Assembly: GCF_009834535.1 (NCBI RefSeq)
Contig: NC_045696.1
Location: 105,216,001 to 105,280,000 of the forward strand
Direction: 5' to 3'
Length of the DNA stretch: 64,000 bases
Source of the DNA: Camelus ferus
Taxonomy: Eukaryota
Numbering within the stretch: the stretch's first letter is position 1; every line of letters begins with the position of its first letter. The notes under the pieces were generated by a model that was not told where the DNA came from, did not search any database, and saw nothing but the letters and a program-made list of their open reading frames with translations. The translations under genes were made by a program, and so were the position numbers. Shown here piece by piece: positions 13,865 through 27,114 of this stretch.

Positions 13865-13874
<10 letters not shown>
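11538..13874 (-). mobile_element. Near-full-length Tigger1 DNA transposon (TcMar-Tigger) with a broken transposase
   Basis: TIR remnant CGGGCATACC at 11538. Minus-strand ORFs 12892-13476 (MASECSSERK...) and 12711-12971 (YWKKMPSRT...[10 protein letters not shown]) match the Tigger1 pogo-like transposase, with a frameshift near 12930 and stops. About 2.3 kb. Confidence 0.95.
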
Positions 13875-13913
<39 letters not shown>

Positions 13914-13914
13914 T
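13867..13914. repeat. (GT)20 microsatellite plus imperfect tail
   Basis: Direct observation. Confidence 0.97.
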
Positions 13915-14399
13915 AGAGAAAGAGAGAAGGATAAAGCAAATGTAGTCTGTGTTACCATTCAGGGAATCTGGGTGAAGTGTACATGAAAATTCTTCATACT
14001 ATTCTTGCCACTTTTCCTTAAGCCTGAAGTTTTATCAAAATAAAAAGTATTTTTTTAGAAAGCTCCAAAATATTACATATTGGGTCATTAAAAAATAAAA
14101 AACAATTACACAGCATGGACCAAGTCAGGCACTCCTGCCATGGGCAGCTTCAGGCTGCAGCTGACTGTGTTTGGCCTCCATAGTATCGTTCCGTGGAGTC
14201 CAGAGGGGCTGGGAGCCCAGGTGCACGAATGGCCCCAGGCTACTGCTCTGCTTTTCCTGGCAGGCGGACGGGCTGGACAAGGAGGGATGTTGGTCAGTGG
14301 TGTTTGGCTGCAGGGAGATGGGGATGCTCTCTTGTATGGCTTCTCTTGTCCTTGGAGGTAGGTGGCACGGTCCCCAGCTGAGAGTGAGGGTTGCTGGGA

Positions 14400-15100
14400 G
14401 CTCAGAGGCTTGAGGAAGGAAGATATTGGATGTGCTGTGGGGACCAGATGCAGGGCAATGTGGCTAGTCTCTCTGGGGTCAGTGCTGCCATAGTCCCCAT
14501 GAGGTGGCTTTTCCCAGTGGCTTTTGGCTGCTGCAGGGCAACTACAGAGAAAGGGGGTAGCTAGGTTCAACCAGAAAAGAGTTTGCTGGTTGAGTGTGAT
14601 GGAAGCATGGAGAAGCATGGGACTTCGGGTACCACCATGAGCATCCTGCAAAGGAGTGACCTGGGATCCCAGGTGGATGAAAAGTACAGTGCAGGAGGAG
14701 AGACTGGGTGGGCTGGGCAGGGTCATCACAGGCTGGAGGCCCCAGCATCGTCGTAGAAGCACAGTCTTGTCAGAAGTGGTGGAATGAGTGACTGTGAAGA
14801 GCTGGAGGGACAAGGATCAGTGACTCTGGAGCAGTTTGAGGGGTGACAGCATCCAGTGTGTAATGGAACCATTGGATGTCTTCAGGGTGCCAGGGGAAGC
14901 CCTCAGAGGTGAGGGGGCAGAGAACAGATGTGTTAGAAAGGTTGTCGGTGTGGACTTGGAAATTGCCCCAGGTAGTGGGAAGATTGCAGGTGGAGAGGCT
15001 CACGGTGTACAAGTGCTAACACCAAGTGTGACCATGGTTTTGTGGCTCAGTAGATAGAGGGTAAGGGGGTGACTGGAGCTCTCAGTGAAGGAGGTACAGG
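14400..15100 (-). mobile_element. L2 ORF2 relic
   Basis: Minus-strand translation FWLNLATPFLCSCPAAAKSHWEK resembles the L2 ORF2 PWL...AAERxWRK segment. Confidence 0.6.
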
Positions 15101-15329
15101 AGGGTGGGCAGCTGAGTCAGGGCGGGGAACTACAGAACCTTGTGAAAATGACCATCGGGTAGGAGATAAGAGCCTGATCATGTGCAAACCACCAAATGCA
15201 GAAGGGTTTTACTAAGATAAAGGTACTTCTAGTCCTACTGTGGAGAACCTTTGAATCAAATGGGACAAGGGGAGCGGTCAGGACGAGAAGGAAAACTTTG
15301 AGCACAAGAGTAACAGCAACGTGCAAGAG

Positions 15330-15550
15330 ACCATCACAAGGGCTGTAATGATTAAAGGAGACCATGTAAGTGCAAGACTGGAGCACCTCGCATGTTCAGG
15401 GTCCAGAGATGGTATGGTCCCTACCTTTACAGACAGGGAAACCAAGGCTTGGAGAGGTTGTCACTTACACAGCTAATACGCGGGGAGCTGGGGAACCCAG
15501 GCCTCGGGCCCCCAGGCCAGCATTCTTCTCGCTGCCCTGTGCCACACAGA
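15330..15550 (-). mobile_element. MIR SINE
   Basis: TTTACAGACAGGGAAACCAAGGCTTGGAGAGGT core. Confidence 0.7.
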
Positions 15551-16584
15551 CGCACCAGCAGACCCTTGTGAGGCCTCCCGAGTGTGCGAGTCCCAAAGAC
15601 AGCTTTGGTGAGAGCAGAGTCCGGGGGGGCTAGCAGAAAGTGGGGAAGTGGCCAGGGCTTGATGCTGGAGTCTGAAGTGCTAGGTAAGGAGTGTAGACTT
15701 TAGGCGAAGGGGATTCACTGAAAGCCTTTAACCAGCTGCCCCGCCAGATGCCCAGCAGGTGAGGTCTCCGCCCTGGAAGGAGCCTTGGTCCAGGAGTCCT
15801 CAGATGGCCTCGGAAGAGCACCTGCCAGAGTACTCTCTGCAGCCTGTACCCGGCTAGCCCAGACCCCAGCCAGATCCAGGACTGGCTGGCTCAGAGGTCA
15901 GGCCCTCTTCCCCAGAGCAAGCAGGACTTGGCCTCAGGGGCAAGCACACGGCCCTGGACAGCTCCTCCTGCCTGCAGCTGGGCCCAGTTGCAAGGTGACC
16001 TTGTGAGACCTTGGTAAATGCCCAGATAAGGTTCTGCCTTCATGGCTGTTACGTTCCTGCCCATCTGAAAACTCTACCAAATAGGGAAATGACTTGTTCT
16101 TGGTGAACTCTTACCAACTCTGAACAGTCAACATTTTTTTCTAAGTGCTCAGAAGCTGTCAGTTTCAGACTCTGTTCCTGATTTTGCTCTGGTTTGCATT
16201 CTGGGTCCCAAACTATAGTCTCCAGAATTTATTCTTTATAGTTACTCTATAATCAATGCAACAGATACCTTCAGAAAAAAAGAAGAGTATCAACTTACTA
16301 GACTCACAGAGCCAAAGTGGGCACAGATCTGCTCACAGCCAAATCTCTGTCCCAGCCCAGGCAGGATCCCGGAGGCCGTGTCTCTGCCTGGCAGCCTGCC
16401 AGCACCCCGCCCAGCCACGCTCGGCTCTGACTTAGTTGCTCATGGGTCCTGAGAGTCTCACCTCGGTTTCTGCTTTCCCTTGGATGCCACACCCCACAGA
16501 AGAAAGAATCTCAGAATGCTGAACCGTAGAAAGGACACTCTCCCCTCCCTGTGACCGTGAGGTCCCAGGAAGAGCAGCGGCTCT

Positions 16585-16780
16585 GAAGACAGCCTTGGGG
16601 TCCAACCCACCTGCTAGTCCATGACCCTGAGCAATTTACTTCGCCCCTCCAATGTGTGTTTCCTCAACTGCAACATGGGAAAAATATTTCCCAACCTTAC
16701 AAGGTCATTTATAATAAGGCCTAAAAGAGATGATGTCCATGAAGGGTCTAATCTGTGCGAGAAATCCAGTACATGTTTGG
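16585..16780 (+). mobile_element. MIR SINE
   Basis: ATGACCCTGAGCAATTTACTTCGCCCCTC...TTTCCTCAACTGCAACATGGGA core. Confidence 0.7.
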
Positions 16781-18173
16781 TCTCTCCACTTCCACCATGA
16801 GCAGGCTTTTCCCAGCGCCGGCTCAGAGCACCCCTGGTCCCGTGGCCACGACCAGACTGCTTAACACAATAGTCTCACATCTATGCATGAGAGCGGGAAA
16901 ACCGCAAAACAGTTCCTTCTGTTTTCTTTAGCCCTTTCCTGATGCTTTATGATGTTGTTCCCTAACAATCCTGCCCCCACGTGTTTGTGGCATCCCAGAT
17001 TAAATTGCATCGTAAAGATAACAACCCAGTTGAAAGCCTTGTCCTTTTTTTCCCTTTGGACAACCTTGAGGAGGGGAAAGGCATTTTTATGGCTCCCAGG
17101 TTTTCCTCTCAGCAACTTGCATTTTAAATGGAAACATATTTATTGCAATATCATCTACACCAGCAGTTTTCTGTGTTAAAGAAAAATGTCTAGTCAGTGT
17201 CCAGCATGAGGCACAGTCACTTTTGTTACCCCTGTGACTTTAATTTTGATTCTCTATTACACCCTGAATATAGAGAGAATTAAATGCACCGTGATATGGT
17301 GGTGCAGTACAATCTGAGATAAGGGGGAAAATTAAGCTGTAATAATTCTCTTTAAGGTAGTGACAGCCCCAGTTCCAGGTCTTCTGGGCTTTAGTAGATA
17401 GCATCAGAGCGTGAGTAAATATTGTATAAGCTCAGCATGTTACTTTAATCTTGGGCCGACACGGACATTTATTAATCAAATAGAGTGATTTTAATATATA
17501 TTCATGGGCAATCCTCCAGCCTGGTCTGAAAAACCGTTCATTTTCACATTTCTAATTTAAGAGATTTTTCTGGAGAAGATAGATTTAAGAATATTGGATA
17601 ACTCCAGCAATTGTTTGGAATTTGTTCCTTATCTTGCGAGGCTCCAAGGGTTTGAGGCTGTGCAAGTGTAACATTCCAAATTCTTTTGAAAGGAGGTGCT
17701 TTTCTGATTTAATAACAAATCAGCATTTTCCTCATCCTTCTATGTCTACCTTGAGATGTGGCTTAAAGGAAACAGATGCCGGTCTGGCAGGAGCTGAAGG
17801 GGAGGCAGTTTCTTCAGCATGAACTCTTGCCCCAGACTCAGCTGCGCCAGGTTAGGGAGTGAACAAAACCTCACCCGAGAGTATGCATCATAGCGAGACC
17901 CTCAGATACTTGGTGAGCCCCCTGCATCCTAGTCTCCATCTGCCTCACCACAGCTCATACGCACACGCTGTGAAAAATGGGAGCCATTGCTCGTGTCCTC
18001 ATAAACTATAAGATGCCAGCCACCTTTTCCCCTTGTTTCCCACCCTCTTCTCCTTTCCCCCAACCACATGGTTTTTGTTGAACTTTTTTTGCTGTTTTAT
18101 TCCTCAAAAAGAGTTGAAATTGCAAACCACATATCCAACAAAAAAAACTAGTGTCCAGAATTGTATAAAGAAT

Positions 18174-18830
18174 CCCATCCTCATTCACTGTTGATGGGAA
18201 TATAAACTGGTATAGCCACTATGGAAAACAGTATGGCGGTTCCTAAGAAAATTAAAAATAGAACTGCCATGTGATCCAGCTATTCTACTTCAGGGTATTT
18301 ATCCAAAGAATATGAAAACACTGATTCAAAAAAGGGTGATACATGCACGCCTATGTTCATTGCATCATTATTTACAATAGTCAAGATACGGACACAACCA
18401 AAGTGCCCATCAACGAATGAATGGTGAAAATGTATAGATATATAATGGAATACTACTCAGCCATTAAAAAGAAGGAAATCTTGCCAACTTCGACAACATG
18501 GATGGACTTTGAGCATATTATGCTTAGTGAAATAATCCAGACAGAGAAAGACAAATACCATGATTTCACTTATACATACAATCTAAAACACACCAAAAAA
18601 TGAACAAACAAAGCAAAAACAAACTCATAGACACAGAGATCACATTAGTGGTTAACAGGGAGGAATGGGTTGGGGGATGAAAAATGGGAAAGGGCATCAA
18701 TTGTATGGTGGTGGATGGGAACTAGACTTGTTATGTTGATCCCTTTGTAGTGTGTACAAATATCAAATTATTGTGTTGTACACCCGAAACTAATATAATG
18801 TTATATACCCATTTTACCTCAATTAAAAAA
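18174..18830 (+). mobile_element. L1 3' end (L1MA-late type) nested in an older L1
   Basis: ORF2 C-terminus (MEYYSAIKKKEI), 3' UTR and A tail. TSD AAAGAAT (18167-18173 / 18831-18837). Confidence 0.88.
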
Positions 18831-19672
18831 AAAGAATTCTCAAAACTTAATAAAAACACAAACACCCCCTTAAGGAAATGGGCAAAAGACACAAAGGGAC
18901 ATTTCACTGAAGAGGATACACAGATGGCAAGTAAGCACATGAAAAAGGTATTTGACAACATTAGTCATTAGGGAAATGCAACTTTAAAAACATAACAAGG
19001 TATTACCATATACCTATCAAAATGGCTAAAATAAAAAATAATGACGACACTAAATGCTTGAAAGGATGCAGAGAAACAGAACCATCCATAATTGCTGGTG
19101 GGAACATAAAATGGCTCCGCCACTCAGGAAAACAGTTTGGTGGTTTCTTGTAAAACTAAAAGTGCAACTACCGTATAACCTAGCAACTGCACTCATGGGC
19201 ATTTATCCCAGAGAAATGAAAACTTACGTTCACACAAAAACCTGTACTCAAATGTTCATTACAGCTCCATTTATAATAACTAAAAACTGGAGACAATCCA
19301 GATGTCCTTCAAAGGGTGAACAATTAAACTGGGATATATCCATACCATAGAGTAGACTCAGTAGTAAGTAGCGAACTATACACACAACAACTTTGATAAC
19401 TCTCCAGGGAGTAATACTAAGTGGAAAAAGCCAATCCTAAAAGGTTACATATTAAATGATTCCATTTATATAACATTCCTGAAATGACAAATTTACATAA
19501 ATAATAAACTGGTGATTGCCAGGGGTTAGGATGAGAGTTGGGGGGCAACAGGAGGGAAGTGGATGTGGTTATAAAAAGACAACATGAGGGGTCCTTGTGG
19601 TGAAGGGACCATTATGTAGTTTGCTATTGATGGTAGATACATGAACAGGAGAGAAACAAATTTCATAGAACT

Positions 19673-19674
<2 letters not shown>

Positions 19675-19708
<34 letters not shown>
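19675..19708. repeat. (AC)17 microsatellite
   Basis: Direct observation. Confidence 0.97.
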
Positions 19709-19711
<3 letters not shown>

Positions 19712-20005
19712 CAAGTAAGTACATGTGAAATGTGAAATCTGAATAGGATCGGTGGATTCTATCTGTCTCAGTGTCCTGGGTGTGATATCATAGTATCACA
19801 CTTAGGTCACCACTAGGGGACACTGGGTGAAGGCACATGGGATCGCTCTGTATCACTTCTTACAACTGCATAAAAATCTACATCTCAAAAAGTTAATTTA
19901 AAAAACAAAAGAAAAAATTGAAACAATATATTTTATGAATATAAGGATGAAAGGATGAAGTGGGGCAGTTTCCTTTAGTGGACCTCTTCCATGCCAAGGG
20001 TTTTC

Positions 20006-20539
20006 CTTTTTTTTCTGTTTTTTTTAATTGAAGTAGAGTCAGTTTACAATGTTGTGTCAATTTCTGGCAACAGCATAATGTTTCAGTCATACATATACAT
20101 ACATATATTCCTTTTCATATTCTTTTTTATTATAGGTTACTACAGATATTGAATATAGTTCCCTGTGCTATACAGTAGAATCTTGTTTATCTATTTTATA
20201 TATAGTAGTTAGAATCTGCAAATCTCAAACTTCCAATTTATCCCTTCCCGCCTCCTTTCCTCCCTGGTAACCATAAGTTTGTTTTCTATGTCCATGAGTC
20301 TATTTCTGTTTTGTAAATAAGTTCATTTGTGTCTTTTTTTCTTAGATTCCACATATGAGTGATGTCATACGGTATTTTTCTTTCTCTTTTTGTCTTACTT
20401 CACTTAGAATGACAATCTCCAGGTCCATCCATGTTGCTGCAAATGGTATTATTTTATTCTTTTTTATGGCTGAATAGTATTGCTATATATATATCTCACA
20501 TCTTATTTATCCCATCATCTTTCGATGGACATTTAGGTT
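20006..20539 (-). mobile_element. Young L1 3' end inserted in a MIR
   Basis: Poly-T then TTGAAGTAGAGTCAGTTTACAATGTTGTGTC (L1 terminus, reverse complement). TSD GGGTTTTC (19998-20005 / 20540-20547). MIR core resumes at about 20550-20720. Confidence 0.92.
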
Positions 20540-21099
20540 GGGTTTTCACATAGAGTTCTGTCATCCTCAAAACAGTCCTATGAGTATTAATATTCCCATT
20601 TTACAGGTATAAGGAAACTTGAGGCCTGGTGAGGTGACACATTTTACATGAGACCTCCCCGGCAAGTAAAAGATAAAGCCTCAGTCTCTCAGAATACAAA
20701 GCCAGTGCTCTTGTCATCTCTCCATGGGGGCCCCCCTCTCCTGAGCACACCATGCTGTCCCTACCTGCTGCTGCTGCCACCACCCCAGCCAGTTAGGTGA
20801 ACCTTCAACTCCCTGAGGAGACAGCTCCAGAGTTAATATGCCAGGACTTGCAACCTTCTCTGTCTTCCAAATGGGAAGCAAAAGATCATTCAGAATCAGT
20901 CACCAGCATTTGGCTGCTTGCTAAGCAGATCATAAAGAGAACTCATGCAACAGCACTCAGAAAACCCCGGCCAACATCAGATAAAACAGTCAGCGAAGTA
21001 ACACTCCCAACAGCACAAAGGGCATTAATTAAGACGAATTGAAAAGATGTGTCTGTATAAATACTTCTAAAGATGAGGTTGTCAAGAAAGAGTTCGACC

Positions 21100-23250
21100 T
21101 TGGGAAGATTGATGAGTTCTGATAATTATAGGGAAAATAAATCTTGGGAGGACAAAATCATTTAAAAATGGATTTTATAAGCTGATGAGATTGGTTCTTT
21201 CCAGTGGGTGGATGGGAACAGAGTGGAAGAAATGTGAGGATGGGAACCGGGTAGAAACAAGAATGAGGGAGGAGACAGCCTTCTCTGAGTTCACCTCTGT
21301 TTTTAGTCTGACTCTTAGAACCGTGGAATCTCATACCACTCCCCCTCAAAAAAACTATATAATTAAGGTCAACCAGGATGTGAAGGGAACCCAAGCTGTA
21401 GTAAAACAGTAACAAATGAGCCTGTCTCTATAACAAATGAAGACATAACCACACTGAAGTCAGTGGGAAAGGAAAAAACCAACCCTCAGTAACTTGGAAA
21501 GCAGCATTATGACCGGATCCTGCAAGGCCAAAGACAAAAAAAAAAAAAAAAATGTACATAAATACGGTTCTCTAGTTAGCAAATGTGTTTTCCACAGGAG
21601 TATAGGTGAGCAATTTTGAAACTGTTTTTATATAAATACTAGAATCAAGCAAATGAGTAAATTATTGTGAACAATAGAGCCAGATTTCTCACTGTGGAAG
21701 AAAGAAGTTACAAAAAAGGAAAGGAGGGGAAGCCCAGAATGAACTCTGTGGTGTTGGAAGAGAATTGGAGGTATCAGTATGAACTCATGGTTTTTAATAT
21801 ATATCCAGATGGGCAGCTATAGAAATAAATATGGTGAGGTGGGTATACACATGTGTAAGTATGTATGTGTATATAATTTCCTAGCTCTGTCTTCTAAGAG
21901 GTGCCTAGAAACCACAAAACCCCAATAGCAATGAGCACAGCTGGCTCTCTTGGTTTCTAAATACCATTCTCCAATAAAAGAAGCAAGTGCTTCTTGGAGA
22001 AATGGTTGATTCCAGAGCTGGAGCTGGGGCAGAGAAAATACAGGATAAGCCTGAATATCCTGTGGTCCTGGAAAACAAGGGAATGCTCAATAAATGATGG
22101 GAGCTTGTCGCAAAGGCATAAGAGCCGATTTAAAGGAGATTCCATTGGGCAAATCTGAGATAATCTGAGAAACAAAATAAATGATGATAATGGATCCCAC
22201 CCCCTATAGAATAAAATAAATATTCATGAGTCCATATTGATGTAAATAAGTGATTGAATGAATAAGTAAATGCAGGAAAAGGGACATTTCTTCCTTCCAG
22301 TAGAATTCTAATTCTTTCTACAAAGAATGTTGGAAATAGAATCACCATTTGGCCAACATCATAGTAATGAATGTTGCACACCAAAATCCTCAATGGATGC
22401 TAAAATTAGGGGGGCAAACTATAATATTTGCATAGTCTCAAAGTATTTTCCCATGAAATTCTTACTAATTACAGATACACAGGAGAAAATAGTAATTTCA
22501 CAATAGAGAAATCTGGCAGACACTACCTCAACCAAGCATCACTGATCAGAACAAATCAACACCGATATGATGCACCTGAGAAGGGCACAAGGTCATTTCT
22601 GAGACTTTCTTGGCTGAGGTTCATAAGCTCAATCTAATCATGAGAAAACATCAGACAAACCAAACTAAGGGATGTTCCTCAAAATAACTGGGCACTAATT
22701 TTCTGAAATGTCCAGGTCATGAAACACTTAGGAGCTGTTCCCAGTTAGAGGGGATGAAGGAGACAAGACAGTTACATGCAATGTGGGATCCTGGATCAGA
22801 CCCTACATTAGAAAAAAAAAAAGCCATCGTGAGACAATAGGGGAAATATGAACAATGTAGATTAGTGAATGGTGGTAATGTTATATCGTGGTTTACATCA
22901 CTGTACCATGCTTATGTAAGATGGTTAACATTAGCAGAAGCTGAGTGAAGATACATGGGAAGTCTTGGTACTGTCTTTTTTTTTTTAATTGAAGTATAGT
23001 TGATTTACAATGTAGTGTTAGTTTCAGATGTACAGCAAAGTGATTCAGTTATATATACATATAGATACACAAATATAAATATATATATATGTATTCTTTT
23101 TCAGATTCTTTTCCATTATAGGTTCTTACAAGATATTGAATATAGTTCCCTGTGTTATACAGTAGGTCCTTATTGTTTATCTATTTTATATATAGTAGTG
23201 TTGTACTATCTTTGTTAAGTCTAAAATTATTTCTAAATTAAAAGTTAAAA
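21100..23250 (+). mobile_element. Old L1 3' UTR (L1MC3/4-like)
   Basis: Homologous to 10020-11535; ends with the TCTAAAATTATTTCTAAATTAAAAG terminal motif. Confidence 0.75.
22979..23202 (-). mobile_element. Short young L1 3' end
   Basis: Poly-T plus TTGAAGTATAGTTGATTTACAATG. TSD GTACTGTCTTT (22968-22978) / GTACTATCTTT (23203-23213). Confidence 0.9.
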
Positions 23251-24539
23251 GATATAAAATTACCAAGGAAGCCAATAATTATATTGTGAAATCCTTATCT
23301 AGATAACTAAGCAAATTTGTTATATAGTAAAAAATATTTAATCTTATTGCTTGAATTCAAAATAATAATAATAATATTACATTTGAATGTCTTCTTGCAT
23401 TTTATAAAATGTTTTTATGTACATTCTGTTATTTAATCCCCCAAACAAACCCGTAAGATAGCATTATTTCCCCCCACTTTAGAAATGAAGAATCTTGATC
23501 TAAGAGTTACTTGGTATGGTTAAAACAAGCACAAAGCATGTAAACAAGCAAAACTTCAGAGCCAGACAAATGGACCTGCTTTCAGACCCCAGCATTGCCA
23601 TTTCCATCCTATGCAACCTTGGCCAAGACAGTTAAGAAAGCTTTGGGGATTTTGAGATTATTGTGAGGATCTAAACCCTATAAGCACTCTGTCCAGAGCC
23701 TGGCACACCCTGGGCACTTGATAAGAAAGAGACAATGAGGGTGGTGGTGATGATTTCTTAGGCTGAGGGTGCCTTCAAGTTCAGCTCAGCAACCTCCCCT
23801 GCTACAGGTGCCAGAGCATCCCTGACAATGGTCTAGGCCACGCTGTAGACACTCAGAGTGGGGCACAGCTTAACGCTATTTGAAGGAGTCCATTTCTTTT
23901 TTTAAAAAATCTACCTAGATGTATCTGTTTACATGTAGACGTAAGTCTGCACATATATGTATATCTTTAAGAGTAAGTAGGTACCTTTGCAAAGTGACCA
24001 TTTCTAATATCAAGATGTCTAAGGAACAAACTAGGGTGAGGAGGAAGGATGACGGTAACTTGGCAGGCACCCTCTGCACTGCCCTCAGAATTATCCCCTA
24101 TCTGCTGCTACTGTCTTCCAGTGCCTGGAAAACTTCCCAACTATTCAAACCTAGGATATCTTTTCCTGAGAATGCTCAGAACTTCAACACACACAAGCTA
24201 TGGGATAAGGATCAGGGCTTTGGCACTGCCTCGCCCAGTGCCCTGCACACCGCAGCCCCTCATCACATACTTATTATATGAATTATGAGAACTTTGCCTA
24301 GAGAGAAACTGTCTCTCTACCATTGTATTTTGCACTGAATTGATTTGCACTTAGTGGTCTTTCGTGTCTCTTCTACCACTTAGGATTTAGTGGATTTACA
24401 TCTCCTCTGGGTCTAGGCTCAAAAATAAGCACATGAGACAAATCACACATCATCAACAATACCCTCGAACACCCCTTAAATCACTCCATGCAGGATGATG
24501 TGTGTACAGCTGATGTTATACACTGCATATGGGATAGGC

Positions 24540-24815
24540 AGTGTGCAGACTGTGCATTAACAGCTTAGAGTTTCGGCTAAGACCATCCCTGGAACTAGAC
24601 TACCTAGGTTAACACCTCAGTGCTGCAGTGAATCTGCTTTGTGACCTTGGGCCAGCCACTTAATGTCTGTGATTCAGTTTGTTCATCAGGAAAATGGGAA
24701 TGACAATCACAATCACAATCCTCCTTTCACAGAGGAGTGTGAGGGTTAACGAGACGGTATATGTAAAGCCTTTGGCACAGTTCCCAACACTTTGCTAGCA
24801 GTCAATATGTGCCAC
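24540..24815 (+). mobile_element. MIR SINE
   Basis: TGTGACCTTGGGCCAGCCACTTAA...CAGTTTGTTCATCAGGAAAATGGGAATGACAAT core. Confidence 0.8.
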
Positions 24816-24821
24816 CCATGA

Positions 24822-25294
24822 CAGATCCTTCTCCTCTTACAATTGGTTACATCCTGATAAACCCACTGTAAGTTGCAAACGTTGAAAGTCAAAAGTGCAT
24901 TTAAGACACTTAACCTACCAAACATCATAGCTTAGCTTAGCCCACCTTAAGTGTGCTCAGAACAATTACACTTACGTTAGCCTACTCTTGGGCAAAATTC
25001 TTTAACACAAAGCCTATTTTATAATAAAGGGTTGATAGTATCATGCAATTTATGGAATACCATTCTGAAAGTGAAAAACAAAATGGTTGTATGTATACAG
25101 AATGTCTGTAAGCGTATAGATTGATCCTGGTGATCACGTGACCAAGACAGCGCTGTGTCTGCCGCTGCCCAGCATCACGAGAGAGTATATACTGCATGTC
25201 ACCAGCCCGGGGAATGTCAAACTTCAAAATTCAAAGTGTGGTTTCTACTGAATGCATATCACCTTTGCACCATCATAAAGTCAGGGACTGTCCA
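24822..25294 (+). mobile_element. Tigger5/MER47-family non-autonomous DNA transposon
   Basis: CCTGATAAACCCACTGTAAGTTG...AACCTACCAAACATCATAGCTTAGC...GTTTCTACTGAATGCATATC matches the recalled MER47/Tigger5b consensus. Confidence 0.85.
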
Positions 25295-25854
25295 GATTAT
25301 TATAATTATCATTACCCACTTATATATGTACAGTAGATACAGTGGCGTGTACATAACGTATAACTTGAAAGTAATTTAATTACATAAGCTAGAGCATATA
25401 TAGTTGGGTAAATTCTTTTTTGCTGTGACCCCCAGGACTGGCTCCTCAAGGAGCAGCAGGCTTCATTTTGTGCTGGGTGTGAAGCCCTCCACGGTTACCA
25501 CATGGCTAGCACAGGGACTGTTCCCCAACAACTCAATGAAGTCCAGCTTCCACATTTCTGAAAGCAGATTGAGGCTGCATCTTCCCATCAGCTGAGCTGG
25601 CATGGCAGCCCTGTGTGGCATTTTTCATTCTTGTCACAGAGGTCACTGAGGGACTCTGGCCTTGGATCGAGATTATGTTTGGACTCTAGACTTTAGATTC
25701 TGCTGGGACACCGTGTCAGGTTCTGTTTGGTGGTTATTGAGGTGACACAGTGATGAGGGATAAACACATGCAATTATATCTAGCCTTCCAACTGTTGAGT
25801 GCAACCTGGAAGAAGAACATTGTTTTTGCTCTTCAGACTGGACGTAGGAAAGAT

Positions 25855-26160
25855 GATGGCAACAGTGGGGCAGTGGCGGTAGCTGCTCTGACAGAGTTCT
25901 GGTGGCTGCGGTGGTGGGGATGGCTGCACTAGTGGCTGTGGTCATGTAGATCACAGTAGAGTAATGGTAGTGGCGTTGGTTGCTCATAGTGTGGTGGTGG
26001 TGGTGGTAGTGATGGTTGGTGTGGTGTTGGTAATGGTGATGGCAGTGGTATTGTTGGTCATTGAATGGTGGTGGCGGCCCTATCAGTGTGATGGTAATGG
26101 TAGGGATTGTGGGGCTGGTCAGAAAAGCTGATCATGATGGTGGCTGTGAGTACTGGTGAT
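25855..26160. repeat. Degenerate (GGT/GAT/GGC)n low-complexity tract
   Basis: Trinucleotide periodicity with a GTGGTGGTGGTGGTGGT core. Confidence 0.8.
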
Positions 26161-27114
26161 TCCCAGGTAGACCGTAATTCCCAAATTAGATCAGTGCTTA
26201 AACTTGGATGTCGAGAGTGGGAGGTTTGTGCTGGAGGGAGCTCCCCTGTGATCTGACATACACCCCCAGCTGTAGAACACTCTCCTAGGTCTGGGTCTTA
26301 AGGGCAGCACATTGGAGTGAAAGCAGCCTGATTTCCCTCCTATAGTTTGCCAGTGGGTTAAACTGAATATTTTACAACTTGTGGTCCTCTGAACGCTCAT
26401 CTAGCAGAATGTTTCATGAAAGCTAAAGGAGCTTGGCAAACTCTAAGATTTCTGTCCCCTTCTTGGAGAGTTGCTGGGCACATCCACATATTAGGGGCTC
26501 TCAGAGGATCTGCAGTCTACAGTAAAAACCTCTTTCATTTTGTCTGCCCCAGCATTTTCCAAGCTTTTTGGATCACGGAATGCTTTTTCTTTCAGGGAGC
26601 TGCTAGGTGCCTAGTAACCATTACACAGAACAACTACAGAAGCACTAATCTAAACAACACTTGAAATGAAAAGAAAAAGAACACTTTAAGAAAAATGTTC
26701 CCCCCAGAGGGATTAATTTTTTTAGTGCTTTCTGAGAATGGTTAGCTTTAGGTTAGTTTTGCAACTCTAAATTATGTCCTATTTTGCAAGTGAGCAAGAT
26801 CATCTATAATTTACATAAATCAGAATTGACTGATGAATATGTTAGACACGTAAAGTAAGGGTATTATTGGAAACTAACCTCAAAAATGAAATTTCATTAA
26901 ACTCTAAAACATTTACAACCTAAGAACTCCTTTTCTTTTTAATGAAATATTTTTGTTGAGATATAATTAACTTTATCCTCTTAGTCCATATGCATAAAAT
27001 TGGTAATTTGGTCATTATAGAAGAGTGGTCCTTCTTTACCACAGAGCCCGATGCTGGGTCAATCAAAGAACCTTGGATAACTGAACGGAAGTGATCCCTC
27101 TATGGCCAGGGCTG

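Larger units (their letters stand above)
10020..14100 (+). mobile_element. Old L1 3' UTR (L1MC-like), split by Tigger1 (host parts about 10020-11535 and 13915-14100)
   Basis: Similar to the copy at 21100-23250 (e.g. TTTCTCACTGT, GGAGAAACCTGGCAGACACTACCT). The terminal L1 motif resumes after Tigger1. Confidence 0.75.
18118..19890 (+). mobile_element. Older L1 3' portion (L1MC1-like); host parts 18118-18173 and 18831-19890
   Basis: ORF2 C-terminal peptides (LRKWAKDTKGHFTEED; GIYPREMKTYVHTKTCTQMF) and 3' UTR. Confidence 0.85.

Noticed and set aside
14106..14813. Longest ORF in the window (235 aa, minus strand)
   Set aside because: Overlaps an L2 relic, starts at a non-ATG codon, and has no recognisable domain or splice structure.
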